DNA of 64,000 bases from Truepera sp. (GTDB lineage Bacteria > Deinococcota > Deinococci > Deinococcales > Trueperaceae). Positions 31,838-42,575 of this stretch are shown here, piece by piece (position 1 is the first letter of the stretch; each line of letters opens with the position of its first letter). The position numbers and the translations under genes are program-made. Where the stretch lies: contig CBDCKW010000009.1 of the NCBI GenBank assembly GCA_965218435.1, positions 2,912,001 to 2,976,000 of the forward strand. The letters are read 5' to 3'. The notes beneath the pieces are model-generated. The model searched no databases. It saw nothing but the letters and a program-made list of their open reading frames with translations, and was not told the origin of the DNA.

Positions 31838-32434
31838 TTACGGCTCGCCGGGGAAGACGTCGAGCTGCGCGGCGTCTAAGGTATTTGAGATGTTGTATTG
31901 GGGTTTGCCGCCTTCAGGAAACCGCACCGTAAAGATGTTCCAACCCGTTTTAAGCTCATAGGTCTGGCCACCGGCCCCAAGCGTCGTGTCGGCGTCAACG
32001 TAAAAGGGTACGAAAAAGCCGCTCGGTTTTGAGATACCGGCGAGCCCCAAGTACGGCGTATCGGTCTCGCGGTCGAAGGTGCCGTTGCCGTTCTCGTCGA
32101 GATATACGTCAAGCTGGGCGCGGGTAAAGTTGACGCTCGAGCCTAAACTATAGTTGTTTTGCAGTCCGGGCAGCACCACGTCGCTACTACGAAACGGGGT
32201 CAGGGCGTCGGTCGAACCGGTCAGCTCGACCTCGAACTTACCGTTTTTAGGCGTTGTCGTCCCGATTTCGCGGCCCCAAACGCCACGCGTATCAACGATA
32301 TGGACCCCGATGCGGGCGTTCGCGGGTAGTCCGTCGGGGGCTGAAACCGTACCGGAAACTGTGGCGCGCTGCTGCGCGGCGGCGCTCCCCCATAAACTCA
32401 GACCAACTAGACCAATTAGTATCGTTCGTTTCAT
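31838..32434 (-). CDS. Hypothetical secreted protein
   Basis: Signal peptide MKRTILIGLVGLSLWGSAAA; YLDENGNGTFD; LKTGWN; AGGAG RBS. Confidence 0.8.
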   Translation of the reverse strand: MKRTILIGLVGLSLWGSAAAQQRATVSGTVSAPDGLPANARIGVHIVDTRGVWGREIGTTTPKNGKFEVELTGSTDALTPFRSSDVVLPGLQNNYSLGSSVNFTRAQLDVYLDENGNGTFDRETDTPYLGLAGISKPSGFFVPFYVDADTTLGAGGQTYELKTGWNIFTVRFPEGGKPQYNISNTLDAAQLDVFPGEP

Positions 32435-32780
32435 GTCACTCCTAAGCCTGTGCAGCTTATCACAGCCTCTTCGCCAGACTTTGAGGGCTAGATGAGCGGT
32501 GAGCCGTGAAGACGTTTAGACTTTAGCCCTCGGTTCTTTGCAAACATAACCTGTACCCGGTTGTAAGGGAGCTCGAGTCGGGCTGAGTGCGCCGCTAAAG
32601 CTGCTCGCACACGTCTCTCAGCCCGAGTGAAGATTTTACTAAGAGGCTCGAGCCAGTCACCTGAGCACTATGAGCATACGCGGCCAAACGTTTCAGATTT
32701 ACCCCAGCAGTCCGGCTAGCTGGCTGAGCTTTTCCTTATCTTAGTCGCAGCGGTATAGTGGGGTGCATAAGGAGACCTCA

Positions 32781-33737
32781 ATGACTGTTCCTTTAACGCA
32801 GCAAAACCCCGTCGGCAACACTGAAACAGACGCCGGAGTGATCTGGTTCGACGGCGAACTCGTTCCGGCAGCCGAAGCCAAAATCTCGGTGCTGACGCAC
32901 GCGCTGCACTACGGCACGAGCGTGTTTGAAGGGATTCGCGCCTATAAGACGGTGCGTGGTCCGGCGGTTTTCAGGCTGCCTGAACACGCCCAACGGCTCC
33001 TCGACTCGGCCAAGATTTTGGGGATGCCGACCTCTTACAGCGCGGCTGAGGTAAGTGAGGCGGTGCTCGAGACCGTCCGTCAAAGTGGGTATGAGTCTTG
33101 CTATATCCGGCCGCTCATGTGGTACGGCGCGGAAAGTTTGGGCGTCAATCCGGGCAACAATACGGTGCATTTTATGGTCGCAACGATGCCTTGGGGCTCA
33201 TACTTAGGCGACGACGCGGTGCGTGAAGGCGCAAAGCTGATGACCTCATCGTGGCGCAGAAGCCCCGGCGACGTCTTGCCGACCAAGGCTAAGGCGGGCG
33301 GTAACTACGTCAACTCGGTGCTAGCGAACCAAGAGGCCAAACGGGGCGGGTTTGACGAGGCGCTCCTCTTAGACAAAGAGGGGTTTGTCGCCGAAGGTTC
33401 GGGCGAAAATATCTTTTTTCTCAAAGGTGGGACGCTCTATCCGATTGCGCACTCGGTCAACTTGCTCGGCATTACCCGCGATTCGGTCGTTAAACTCGCC
33501 GAGTCGCTCGGCGTAAAGGTTGTGCCGACGATGGCCACCCGCGACGAGCTGTACATCGCCGACGAGGTATTTATGGTCGGGACTGCCGCCGAGGTGTCGC
33601 CGGTGTCGTCCATTGACCGCCGCCCAATTGGAAACGGCAAAGCGGGCGAGTTTACGCTTAAACTCCGTGAGCTTTACCTCAAGGCGGCAGCGGGCGAAGT
33701 CCCGGAGTTTGAAGGCTGGCTGAGCTACGTTCGTTAA
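32781..33737 (+). CDS. ilvE: Branched-chain amino acid aminotransferase
   Basis: HALHYGTSVFEGIRAY, AKAGGNY, EGSGENIF, GTAAEV; AAGGAG RBS. Confidence 0.96.
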   Translation: MTVPLTQQNPVGNTETDAGVIWFDGELVPAAEAKISVLTHALHYGTSVFEGIRAYKTVRGPAVFRLPEHAQRLLDSAKILGMPTSYSAAEVSEAVLETVRQSGYESCYIRPLMWYGAESLGVNPGNNTVHFMVATMPWGSYLGDDAVREGAKLMTSSWRRSPGDVLPTKAKAGGNYVNSVLANQEAKRGGFDEALLLDKEGFVAEGSGENIFFLKGGTLYPIAHSVNLLGITRDSVVKLAESLGVKVVPTMATRDELYIADEVFMVGTAAEVSPVSSIDRRPIGNGKAGEFTLKLRELYLKAAAGEVPEFEGWLSYVR

Positions 33738-33767
33738 AGCTCCTGTAGCCTCGCGCCTCGACCAAGT

Positions 33768-33799
33768 AAACGGGTTCTGCAAGAGCAGAACCCGTTTTT
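33768..33799 (+). terminator. Intrinsic terminator after ilvE
   Basis: AAACGGGTTCTGC-AAGA-GCAGAACCCGTTTTT. Confidence 0.85.
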
Positions 33800-34283
33800 A
33801 GCTGCGCCACAAAGGGACGACTGACGTATCATTCAAACCAGCAAGACGAGAACCGACCTATCTAGGGTTACGCCGGTCTGTGTAACGAAAAGCTCGGCTG
33901 TTTCGTTTGACCTCGAGAAGGTTTGCACAGTACGCTTTTTTCAGTACCCTGAAGCTCTTAAGCCGCTAGTTACCGCTGTGTCAAAAAGCATAAAATGCCG
34001 AAAATTACACCGCTTCTCTGCAGATCAGGTGTTTATCCTAGCTTTACTTGTTTAACTTTCTCACCCCTGTAAGCGTCGGTAGCGTTGCCGAGCGGCAGAG
34101 ACTGGAGGCGACTGGTGATGGAGACGGATGGGCTCGAGCTTTATACACATTATGTGGGTGGTCTGTAGTGAGATTGCCAAGGACAGTGCATATGCTGAGA
34201 GTACTCAGCCGTGCATGACTTTTGGACGTACGCGACACTACTGACCTACAGCACTGACGATAAGGAAGGTTGGAGGTAGCTTC

Positions 34284-36596
34284 ATAACTATCTATTACGG
34301 TCATACTTACCCTGGCGACAAGACTAAGCAACGTTGGCAGTATATGAAAGATCATGCTTTAGAAGTGGCACAACAGGCACAAGACAACGCTGAACCCTTT
34401 GGTGAGGGCAATCGCGCTTACCTCGCGGGACTACTACACGACCTTGGCAAGTATGGCGAGCTGTTTCAACGGCGTCTGCTAGGACTGGAAAGTGGCCTTG
34501 ACCACTGGTCTGTTGGGGCCTGTTGCGCCAAACAAGCGTTCAAGGACGCTACCTCGACTTTGGTGATTCAGGGGCATCACATCGGCTTACAAGCTGGCGA
34601 CGCCGACACGTTACGCGCATTGACGTTAGACACCTTGAAGCAAAAGCACCCACTTGGATTGCGCCTGACCGAACCAGAACCCGACCAGACTAACATCAAA
34701 AAGTTGATAGGACGATTTCACGCCGACGGTTTGAAATTGCCGAACCCTACGAAAGGCGAGCTGAAACAGGGCCAATCCGCCGCAGACATGTTGGATACAC
34801 GAATGCTGTTTTCGGCACTGGTGGACGCGGACTATCTGGACACCGAGGAAGCCATGCGCCCTGCCAACGTAGACCCGCGCCCAGATGGGGAAAGGCTAGA
34901 CGCTGCCCACGCTTTGGTAGCTTTGGAAAACTACTTGGCAGAACTTGGGGAGAACACGGACATTCCTACTGAGACACGTTTTTTGCGTGCCGACTTGATG
35001 AACGCCTGCCGCACGGCAGGCGAGACACTCGAGCGACTGTGGACACTCACAGCACCCACAGGAAGCGGTAAAACGCTTGCTATGCTGCTTTTTGCCTTGA
35101 CCCGCGCAGCTCAGTTGCAAAACACCAGGCATCCTATCCGGCGCATCGTGGTCGTACTGCCTTTTCTTAGCATCCTTGACCAGACGGCGGACGAGTACCG
35201 CAAATTGTTCGGAAAGGCGGGCTATGGTGTCAATTTCGTGTTGGAGCATCACAGCCTCTCAGGAATTCGTACTGATGAATCTAAAGCAGGCCAGGATGAC
35301 GGCGAGGTCAACCATTCGGGGGCAGAGGCGCGACAGTTCGTGCAGAACTGGGACGCACCCATCATCATCACGACCAGCGTGCAACTACTGGAAAGTCTGC
35401 ACGCTAATAAACCTGGAGCCTGCCGAAAATTGCATCAACTTGCACACAGCATCATTTTGCTGGACGAAGTACAGACGCTTCCTACTTCGCTTGCTATACC
35501 GACACTAAAAACCCTATCACGCCTGACTCACGAAAAGTACGGCGCAGTAGTAGTCATGGCAACCGCGACCCAGCCCGCTTTTGACACCCTCAGCGAAAAA
35601 GTGAAGGAAGCAGGCAACGACGGTTGGCAACCCCGCGAAATGGCCCCGCGTGAACTAAAACTTTTCGAGCGTTCCAAGCGCGTTGAGCCTGTGTGGAAGC
35701 TGGAAACACCCGTGTCTTTTGACACGGTATCGGACTGGATTCGAGACGATGAAGAAGGGCAGGTGCTATGCATCGTAAATATGCGAAAGCACGCGCTCGA
35801 GCTAGCTGAAAAGCTGAAGGGTTCGGAAGGCTTAAAACACGTTTCAACCTATCTTTGCCCTGCTCACCGCCGAAAAATTATGGATGAGGTACGCGCTGCG
35901 CTGAAGGATGGGCAACCTATGCGCGTGGTCGCTACGCAATGCGTAGAAGCGGGTGTGGACTTGGACTTTCCCAAAGTATTCCGGGCACTCGGCCCTCTCG
36001 ATTCCATCGCACAGGCCGCAGGTCGCTGCAACAGGCACAAAAAGCGTCCTAGTGGGGAATTGCGGGTATTTTTGCCGGAAGAGGAGAAATACCCTACGCC
36101 TGCCTACCGCAAAGCCGCACAAATCGCTCTGACCATGTTTCGTGAAGGCAGACTAAATATAGACGAACCAGATACCTATCGCCGTTTCTACGAGCGGCTT
36201 TGGCATTTCGAAACTACCGATTTAGACGAACTCCGCGAAGCTGTGGTACGACAGGATTACCCGGAGGTTGCCCGCTTATACCGCTTAATTCCCAACGACA
36301 GCGTGAACGTGGTTGTTCCTTACAGTAAAGGTAAGGAGCTTATCCACGAGGCGCAGCAGTCGGGCATCACACGGTACTGGATGAAACAGGCTCAGCTTTA
36401 TACCGTATCGGTCTTCCGGCGACGTGACGGCACGTTGCCCCCGCACCTCGAGCCCGTAAATTACCGCTCGAGAGGAGGTGCAATGTCTCAGCAAGCACCC
36501 GACTGGTACGTTTGCCCGCACACCGAGGCTTACGACGAAAACCTATTTGGCTATCTGCCCGACGGAGGCGAAGCCGACCCGTTCACCAAATGGTAA
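34284..36596 (+). CDS. cas3: CRISPR-associated HD nuclease/helicase Cas3 (start at ATA 34284 or ATG 34344)
   Basis: HDLGK HD motif, APTGSGKT, DEVQ, ATAT, TQCVEAGVDLDF, QAAGRCNR. Confidence 0.95.
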   Translation: MTIYYGHTYPGDKTKQRWQYMKDHALEVAQQAQDNAEPFGEGNRAYLAGLLHDLGKYGELFQRRLLGLESGLDHWSVGACCAKQAFKDATSTLVIQGHHIGLQAGDADTLRALTLDTLKQKHPLGLRLTEPEPDQTNIKKLIGRFHADGLKLPNPTKGELKQGQSAADMLDTRMLFSALVDADYLDTEEAMRPANVDPRPDGERLDAAHALVALENYLAELGENTDIPTETRFLRADLMNACRTAGETLERLWTLTAPTGSGKTLAMLLFALTRAAQLQNTRHPIRRIVVVLPFLSILDQTADEYRKLFGKAGYGVNFVLEHHSLSGIRTDESKAGQDDGEVNHSGAEARQFVQNWDAPIIITTSVQLLESLHANKPGACRKLHQLAHSIILLDEVQTLPTSLAIPTLKTLSRLTHEKYGAVVVMATATQPAFDTLSEKVKEAGNDGWQPREMAPRELKLFERSKRVEPVWKLETPVSFDTVSDWIRDDEEGQVLCIVNMRKHALELAEKLKGSEGLKHVSTYLCPAHRRKIMDEVRAALKDGQPMRVVATQCVEAGVDLDFPKVFRALGPLDSIAQAAGRCNRHKKRPSGELRVFLPEEEKYPTPAYRKAAQIALTMFREGRLNIDEPDTYRRFYERLWHFETTDLDELREAVVRQDYPEVARLYRLIPNDSVNVVVPYSKGKELIHEAQQSGITRYWMKQAQLYTVSVFRRRDGTLPPHLEPVNYRSRGGAMSQQAPDWYVCPHTEAYDENLFGYLPDGGEADPFTKW

Positions 36597-36605
36597 GGAG
36601 ATTCA

Positions 36606-37358
36606 ATGACTCAGGAGCGAAGTCCCGCCAAAACTTTTGTACTCGAGGTTTGGGGTGATTATGGATGTTTTACCCGTCCGGAGCTAAAAGTAGAGAGGTT
36701 CAGTTATCCGGTCATTACCCCCAGCGCAGCCCGCAACATTTTTGATGCGATCTATTTGGAGTTCGATAAAGATACTAAAAAACCTGCCCACCGCTGGGAG
36801 ATAAGCCGCGTCGAGATTTTGGAACCTGTGCGCTATGTAGCACTGATGAGAAACGAGGTCAAGGAGAAAATCAGTGCTGCAAGTGTGAAAAAGTGGATGA
36901 AGAACCCGGCGGATTTGACTCCTATTTACGCCGACGCCACTAAGAGTGAGTCAGGAACCGACACCAAAGGCCGAACCCAGCGGCAAACGATGGCTCTGAA
37001 GAGTCCGTGTTACCGCATTCATGCCCACGCCGTGCTGTTTCAGGAAGACCACAAACTCAGGCAAAAGATAGAGCGAAGCTTTGAACGCCGCGCTAAAAGA
37101 GGACAGTGCATCTATCAGCCTTATCTTGGGTGTCGGGAATTTGCCGCCTCATTCGAACTGATGACAGAACCAGAAAAATCTCCTACAAACCATAACGAGG
37201 AAGTCGGTTGGATGCTCTACGACGTATTTGACCTTTCGCGCCCAGGCAGCAATAAGGACAAGCCACGCGTCAGTTTGTTTGAAGCAAAAATCGAAAACGG
37301 CGTGTTGAAAGTTCCGCGCTACGACAGTCCCGCAGTGCGTAAGCCGGGGAGGGTGTAA
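36606..37358 (+). CDS. cas5c: Type I-C Cas5
   Basis: [39 protein letters not shown]. Confidence 0.95.
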   Translation: MTQERSPAKTFVLEVWGDYGCFTRPELKVERFSYPVITPSAARNIFDAIYLEFDKDTKKPAHRWEISRVEILEPVRYVALMRNEVKEKISAASVKKWMKNPADLTPIYADATKSESGTDTKGRTQRQTMALKSPCYRIHAHAVLFQEDHKLRQKIERSFERRAKRGQCIYQPYLGCREFAASFELMTEPEKSPTNHNEEVGWMLYDVFDLSRPGSNKDKPRVSLFEAKIENGVLKVPRYDSPAVRKPGRV

Positions 37359-39349
37359 TGCTCGGCGCACTCATCAAGCAAGCACAGCACGCTGGACTGA
37401 TCGTCGAACCCGGTTTTGCGCCTAAAGAAATTCGCTGGATGGCACAAATTTCAGACGATAAGTTGACAGGCGTCGTTCCGCTACTGAACGGGAAGAAAGG
37501 CATGACTTTCGCGCAGTGTCCAGATTTGAGTCATCCAAATATGAAAGCCCTTCCCAAAGCACTTGGCAAACCTCAGGCAGCACATTTCTTGGCGGACACC
37601 TGCAGCGTGGTAGCACTGCTCCAAGCCCTAGACAGGGAGGGCCGACCCAAAACCGACCCTGAAAGCATCGCTAAGCACATCCAGAATAAAGACAAACACT
37701 CTACATACCTCGAGTTGCTAACTCAAGCCGCTAAGAAGGTGCCGGAGCTTTCATCCGTCGTGACGGTGCTGAGAGATTCCGAGCAACTCCGCACCGAACT
37801 GATGCGACATGGGGCCAAGCCTACCGACAAGCTCAGCTTCATGGTAGGCGAACTCGACTTGCTCCAAAGCGATATTTGGCATGACTGGTGGCGCAGCTTC
37901 CGCCGGGAGACGTTTGGGCGCGAAGGCAGCAACACGGGCGGCGAAATGTTGGATTTTACCAGCGGAGAACCCGTCATACCTGCCAACACACATCCAAAAC
38001 TAACAAAACTTGGCGTAGGCGCAATTGCTATGGGCGCTCCCCTTGTCGGCTACGACAAGGACGCCTTCAGCTCGTATGCGCTTATAGCAGGCGAGAACGG
38101 CGCAGTCTCCGAAGAGAATGCCACTGCTTACCGCGCTGCACTGGATAACCTGCTGAGCAAGGCTCCAGTTCTCGGTCAGATGAAAATTGCCGCATGGTTT
38201 GACCACCGTCAGGCCGAAGGGCAAGCTCTGATTGATGCGATTGAAAATCCAGCAACCCTTGCTGAAGCTGCCGAGGATTTCAGTTGGGATGATTGGGATG
38301 ACACCGAGGAAGTTCAAATCATCTCGACTTTAGAACAGCAGGAAGCCGCCGCCAAGGAACGCGCCCACAAACTACTGACAGCTATACGAAAGGGTGAGGA
38401 ACCCGATAACATGACCGCGCACTATTTCGCCCTCGCTATAAGCGGCGCGAGTGGACGAGCAATGGTACGCGACTGGAAAACCGGAAGCCTGGAAAGTCTT
38501 GCCGAGGCTGTCACAACTTGGTTCGAAGACCTTGCTATCACTAATCTGAGCCGGAAACGAGCGAACCGCCCTAAATTTTTTAGCCTGCTGATGAATGTCC
38601 AGCGACCCAAACGACCAGAAACTGGTATGGACGACTATCTCAAACCCATTCGCAATCTTCAGCTTCCGCTTTGGCGGGCTGCAATCGATCCAAACACACC
38701 CATCCCTTTTGCTGCTGTTGCCAAGCTCATGGAAGCACACAAAGCGCACGTTATGACAGGAAAATTTACTGAAGCCCTAAGCCGTGAGGGGGTCAGCGAG
38801 GAAAAAGGTCGCGTATACACGCGTATGGCTCTGCTACGGGCCTACCAAAATCGCAAAGCACGTATTCAAATTGCTCGAGGGCAAGGAGGCTATCCCATGC
38901 AAAGTTCCGTTGACCCTAACCATCCCAGTTCCGCTTACCACTGCGGACGACTGATGTACTTGCTTGCCAACTTGCAGGAAGCTCAGGGAGATAACATCAA
39001 TGCTGGCGTGGTGCAGCGCTATTACGGCGCAGCAAGCAGCACACCGGCACTGGTACTCGGGCGTCTGACACGCCTGAGTCAGCACCACATCGCCAAGATT
39101 TCACGGGACAGGCCGGGGTTAGCTTTCTCATTGGAGAAGGAAATTGCCTCGGTGTGGGCTGTCCTTGGCAAATCACTACCCAAAACGCTTTCGCTCGAGG
39201 AACAAAGTTTGTTTGCACTCGGCTATTACCAGCAGCTTGCAGATAGCGTCGCCACCCGCCGGGAAATCTCTGCCCAGCGCAAGGCCGAAGCTGCCGCGAA
39301 AGCCAATACTGACACAAGCACTGTGTCCCATACCGAAAAAGGAGAATAA
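37358..39349 (+). CDS. cas8c: Type I-C Cas8c/Csd1 large subunit
   Basis: Position between cas5 and cas7; [33 protein letters not shown]. Confidence 0.93.
   Translation: MLGALIKQAQHAGLIVEPGFAPKEIRWMAQISDDKLTGVVPLLNGKKGMTFAQCPDLSHPNMKALPKALGKPQAAHFLADTCSVVALLQALDREGRPKTDPESIAKHIQNKDKHSTYLELLTQAAKKVPELSSVVTVLRDSEQLRTELMRHGAKPTDKLSFMVGELDLLQSDIWHDWWRSFRRETFGREGSNTGGEMLDFTSGEPVIPANTHPKLTKLGVGAIAMGAPLVGYDKDAFSSYALIAGENGAVSEENATAYRAALDNLLSKAPVLGQMKIAAWFDHRQAEGQALIDAIENPATLAEAAEDFSWDDWDDTEEVQIISTLEQQEAAAKERAHKLLTAIRKGEEPDNMTAHYFALAISGASGRAMVRDWKTGSLESLAEAVTTWFEDLAITNLSRKRANRPKFFSLLMNVQRPKRPETGMDDYLKPIRNLQLPLWRAAIDPNTPIPFAAVAKLMEAHKAHVMTGKFTEALSREGVSEEKGRVYTRMALLRAYQNRKARIQIARGQGGYPMQSSVDPNHPSSAYHCGRLMYLLANLQEAQGDNINAGVVQRYYGAASSTPALVLGRLTRLSQHHIAKISRDRPGLAFSLEKEIASVWAVLGKSLPKTLSLEEQSLFALGYYQQLADSVATRREISAQRKAEAAAKANTDTSTVSHTEKGE
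38897..39349 (+). CDS. cas11c: Putative Cas11c small subunit from internal in-frame start within cas8c
   Basis: AAGGAGG (38883-38889) 7 nt before in-frame ATG 38897; 150 aa. Confidence 0.7.
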   Translation: MQSSVDPNHPSSAYHCGRLMYLLANLQEAQGDNINAGVVQRYYGAASSTPALVLGRLTRLSQHHIAKISRDRPGLAFSLEKEIASVWAVLGKSLPKTLSLEEQSLFALGYYQQLADSVATRREISAQRKAEAAAKANTDTSTVSHTEKGE

Positions 39350-39351
39350 CC

Positions 39352-40353
39352 ATGACCCAGCCCTCTGCGCCTATCCGCAACCGTTACGAGTTCTTACTGC
39401 TGTTAGATGTAGAAAACGGTAATCCCAACGGCGACCCCGACAGCGGTAATGCCCCTCGTATTGACCCGGAAGATGGGCATGGTCTGATTTCAGATGTTGC
39501 CATCAAACGCCGCCTTCGCAACTATGTACAGGCTGCAGGAGAACAGATTTTTATTCAGCACGGCACGAACCTAAACCGTGAGATTTTCCGCAGCCGTACT
39601 GAAACAGGCGGCACGAGCAAGAGTAAAAATGATGTGGACAAAGCCAAAGCGTGGATGTGCAGCAACTTTTACGACGTTCGCACGTTTGGTGCAGTAATGA
39701 GTACCGGCGCAAATGCAGGGCAGGTGCGCGGCCCCGTGCAAATCACTTTTGCCCGCAGTATCAACCCGGTGTTCAGCATTGAGGCCAGCATTACTCGAGG
39801 TGCAGTGGCCGAAGACGTAAAAACCGCGAAAACCGTCCAAGATTTTCTGGACTGGGAGGCCAAACAAGACGAAGATAAGCTCCGCACAATGGGGCGCAAG
39901 AGCCTGATTCCTTATGGCTTGTTTGCGGCAAAAGGCTTTATCAGCGCCCATCTTGCTGGCGGTACAGGCTTTAGCGAAACTGACCTGAAACTGCTGATGG
40001 AAGCCCTGATGAGCATGTATGAGCATGACCGTAGCGCCAGCAAGGGTCAAATGAGTAGCCGTCGCCTTTTCGTGTTCAAGCATGTTGGGACAGACAGCGA
40101 CGAGCAGCAACGTCAACGTCAAGCTGTGCTCGGTTGCGCTCCGGCGCACAAGTTGCTGGACTTGGGGCAAGTTGTCAGTGTGAAACTCGAGGACGATAGT
40201 AAACCCGCCCGCCGCTTTAGTGACTACCGAGTGACCGTAAACACCACTGCCTTGCCTGCAGGTGTAGAAATGCTTGACTTGGACGTATGGGATTTAGGCA
40301 AGTATCAAGGCGAGTGGGAAAAGCAAGCGTCTTCGTCAGAAAACCCGAAATAG
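39352..40353 (+). CDS. cas7c: Type I-C Cas7/Csd2
   Basis: [46 protein letters not shown]. Confidence 0.96.
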   Translation: MTQPSAPIRNRYEFLLLLDVENGNPNGDPDSGNAPRIDPEDGHGLISDVAIKRRLRNYVQAAGEQIFIQHGTNLNREIFRSRTETGGTSKSKNDVDKAKAWMCSNFYDVRTFGAVMSTGANAGQVRGPVQITFARSINPVFSIEASITRGAVAEDVKTAKTVQDFLDWEAKQDEDKLRTMGRKSLIPYGLFAAKGFISAHLAGGTGFSETDLKLLMEALMSMYEHDRSASKGQMSSRRLFVFKHVGTDSDEQQRQRQAVLGCAPAHKLLDLGQVVSVKLEDDSKPARRFSDYRVTVNTTALPAGVEMLDLDVWDLGKYQGEWEKQASSSENPK

Positions 40354-40440
40354 CGCGGCCTATGAAGGGAATTGTGTATACCTCTCCTGATACTATTTGT
40401 CACTTTGGTTTGGAGCTGGTACTTAAGCAGGAACACACCC

Positions 40441-41061
40441 ATGCTTGATCCCATCCCCATCTCCGCCCTGCAACACTTCCGCTACTGCCCCCGCCAATGT
40501 GCGCTTATTCACATCGAGCAAACCTACGACGAAAACCTCTATACCCTGCGCGGCAACCACGTGCATGAAAAGGCGCACGAACCTGAACGGGACATGATTG
40601 CGGGGGTAAGGCTCGAGCGCGCCCTCCCCCTTTATTCCGAAACGTTGGGACTTATCGGCAAGGCGGACATCGTGGAATTTTTGCCGGACGGGACGCCTTA
40701 CCCGGTCGAATACAAGGCGGGCGCACGGAAAAAGCGTGAAGCGGACGACGTGCAGCTCTGCGCCCAGGCGCTCTGTTTAGAAGAGATGCTGGGCGTGACC
40801 GTACCCGAAGGCAGCATCTACTACGACCGTTCACGCCGCAGGCGGGTTGTACCCTTTACCGAAACGCTGCGGCGCACCGTGCGAGAGACCGCCGAGGCAG
40901 TGCGCGCCCTCTACGACCGGGAGACACTCCCCGAACCCGCCGCCGACGAGCGCTGCCGCGCCTGCTCTTTAATTGACGCGTGTATGCCCTTTGAACTGCA
41001 CACGCCGACCCTACCCGATCCTTTTCAGCTTCAGGACGCCGAAGCCCGGAGCAACCCGTGA
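40441..41061 (+). CDS. cas4: Cas4 exonuclease
   Basis: ISALQHFRYCPRQCALIH, GKADIVE, PVEYK, QLCAQALCLEEM, CRACSLIDAC. Confidence 0.95.
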   Translation: MLDPIPISALQHFRYCPRQCALIHIEQTYDENLYTLRGNHVHEKAHEPERDMIAGVRLERALPLYSETLGLIGKADIVEFLPDGTPYPVEYKAGARKKREADDVQLCAQALCLEEMLGVTVPEGSIYYDRSRRRRVVPFTETLRRTVRETAEAVRALYDRETLPEPAADERCRACSLIDACMPFELHTPTLPDPFQLQDAEARSNP

Positions 41062-42089
41062 AAGAACTGCTCAACACGCTCTATATCCAGACGCAGGGCA
41101 GCTATCTGCGGCTCGACCACGACACGCTCAAGATCGACGTAGAAGGTAAAACGGCGGCGCAGATTCCGCTGCATCATCTGGGCGGACTGGTCGTTTTCGG
41201 TAACGTCTTGCTAAGTCCCTTTTTAATTCACCGCTGCGCCGAGGACGGGCGCAGTATCGTCTGGTTGACGCAAAACGGACGTTTTAAGGCGCGGCTCTTT
41301 GCGCCGACAAGTGGCAATGTCCTTTTGCGCCGCGCGCAACACTCGGCCCTCGACAATGCAGACAGGACGCTTTCTGTCGCCCGCCTGATGGTCGCAGGCA
41401 AACTGCAAAACGCCCGCACGGTACTCCTGCGGGTCGCGCGTGAGGCGAGCAGCCTCGAGGCTGAGCAGGGTCTCCGCGACGCCGCCACCTTGCACGCTAG
41501 GGCCATCACCACGCTGCCGCGCCTGCGCTACTTAGACGAAGTGCGCGGCGCAGAAGGCGACGCCGCCCGGAGCTACTTTGCCGTCTTTAACGAAATGATT
41601 CGCAGCGATAAAGACGCCTTTACCTTCAGCGGGCGCAACCGCCGCCCACCCCGTGACCGCGTAAATGCACTGTTGTCATTTGTCTACGGGATGCTCCGCA
41701 ACGAATGCACCTCGGCCTTGGAGGGCGTCGGCCTCGACCCCCAGGTAGGTTTTTTACACGCCCTGCGCCCCGGTCGTCCCGCCTTGGCGCTCGACCTGAT
41801 GGAAGAGCTGCGCGCGCCCTTAGCCGACCGCTTCGTGCTGACCCTTATCAATCTGGGACAGGTCAAACCGGGCGGATTTGTTCTTCGGCCCGGCGGCGCA
41901 GTCGAGCTCACCGAAGACACCCGTAAAGCCGTCGTCGTCGCTTATCAGAAACGCAAACAAGACGAAGTGACGCACCCGGTGCTTAAAAAGCCCGTCCCGC
42001 TCGGTTTGGTACCGCACCTGCAGGCGCGGCTTTTAGCTCGGCATCTGCGCGGCGACCTGCTCGAGTATCCACCCTTTTTGTACCGTTAG
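41058..42089 (+). CDS. cas1: Type I-C Cas1
   Basis: LLNTLYIQTQG, GNVLLRRAQ, RNRRPPRDRVNALLSF, LALDLMEELR. Confidence 0.97.
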   Translation: MKELLNTLYIQTQGSYLRLDHDTLKIDVEGKTAAQIPLHHLGGLVVFGNVLLSPFLIHRCAEDGRSIVWLTQNGRFKARLFAPTSGNVLLRRAQHSALDNADRTLSVARLMVAGKLQNARTVLLRVAREASSLEAEQGLRDAATLHARAITTLPRLRYLDEVRGAEGDAARSYFAVFNEMIRSDKDAFTFSGRNRRPPRDRVNALLSFVYGMLRNECTSALEGVGLDPQVGFLHALRPGRPALALDLMEELRAPLADRFVLTLINLGQVKPGGFVLRPGGAVELTEDTRKAVVVAYQKRKQDEVTHPVLKKPVPLGLVPHLQARLLARHLRGDLLEYPPFLYR

Positions 42090-42097
42090 GGGAACCT

Positions 42098-42388
42098 GTG
42101 AACGTCCTGGTAACTTACGACGTCAACACCGAAACCAAAGCCGGACGCCGCCGCCTCTTCAAAGTCGCGCAAACCTGCAAGAGCTTCGGTCAGCGGGTAC
42201 AGTATTCGGTATTCGAGTGCCGGGTCGATGCCGCGCAGTACGAAGACCTCACGGTCAAACTCAAAAAGATCATCAACCCGGCGAGCGACAGCCTCCGCAT
42301 CTATAAATTGCGCGGTGAGCGCGACGAGTTTTTGTCATGCTTCGGCCTCGACCGGCACATCGACTTCGATGAACCTTTAGTCCTTTAG
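42098..42388 (+). CDS. cas2: Cas2
   Basis: VLVTYDV...GQRVQYSVFEC...DSLRIY. Confidence 0.96.
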   Translation: MNVLVTYDVNTETKAGRRRLFKVAQTCKSFGQRVQYSVFECRVDAAQYEDLTVKLKKIINPASDSLRIYKLRGERDEFLSCFGLDRHIDFDEPLVL

Positions 42389-42575
42389 AGACACCTGCGC
42401 GAATCCCTAGTGACGGCTAAAATCCCGAGAGGTTCGCGCAAGCCGCTTTTTGCGTGAGCGGCGCGTTCTATGACAGTACAACTTCAAACGGTGCAGTTCT
42501 AAAACGCTGTTTACACGCCGCTTCGCGCAATATGCTCTATAAAGGCCGTCCTAAACATGGTTTATAATGACTACC
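42389..42575 (+). promoter_or_regulatory. CRISPR leader
   Basis: Inverted motifs GCGCGAA (42397) / TTCGCGC (42433, ~42522); TATAAT at 42563-42568, 7 nt before repeat 1. Confidence 0.8.

Noticed and set aside
32435..32780. ncRNA or attenuator upstream of ilvE
   Set aside because: Some hairpin potential (TCGGGCTGAG/CTCAGCCCGA) but no known motif or Leu/Ile/Val-rich leader.
40354..40440. CreTA-like mini-array between cas7 and cas4
   Set aside because: No repeat-like sequence or hairpin seen.
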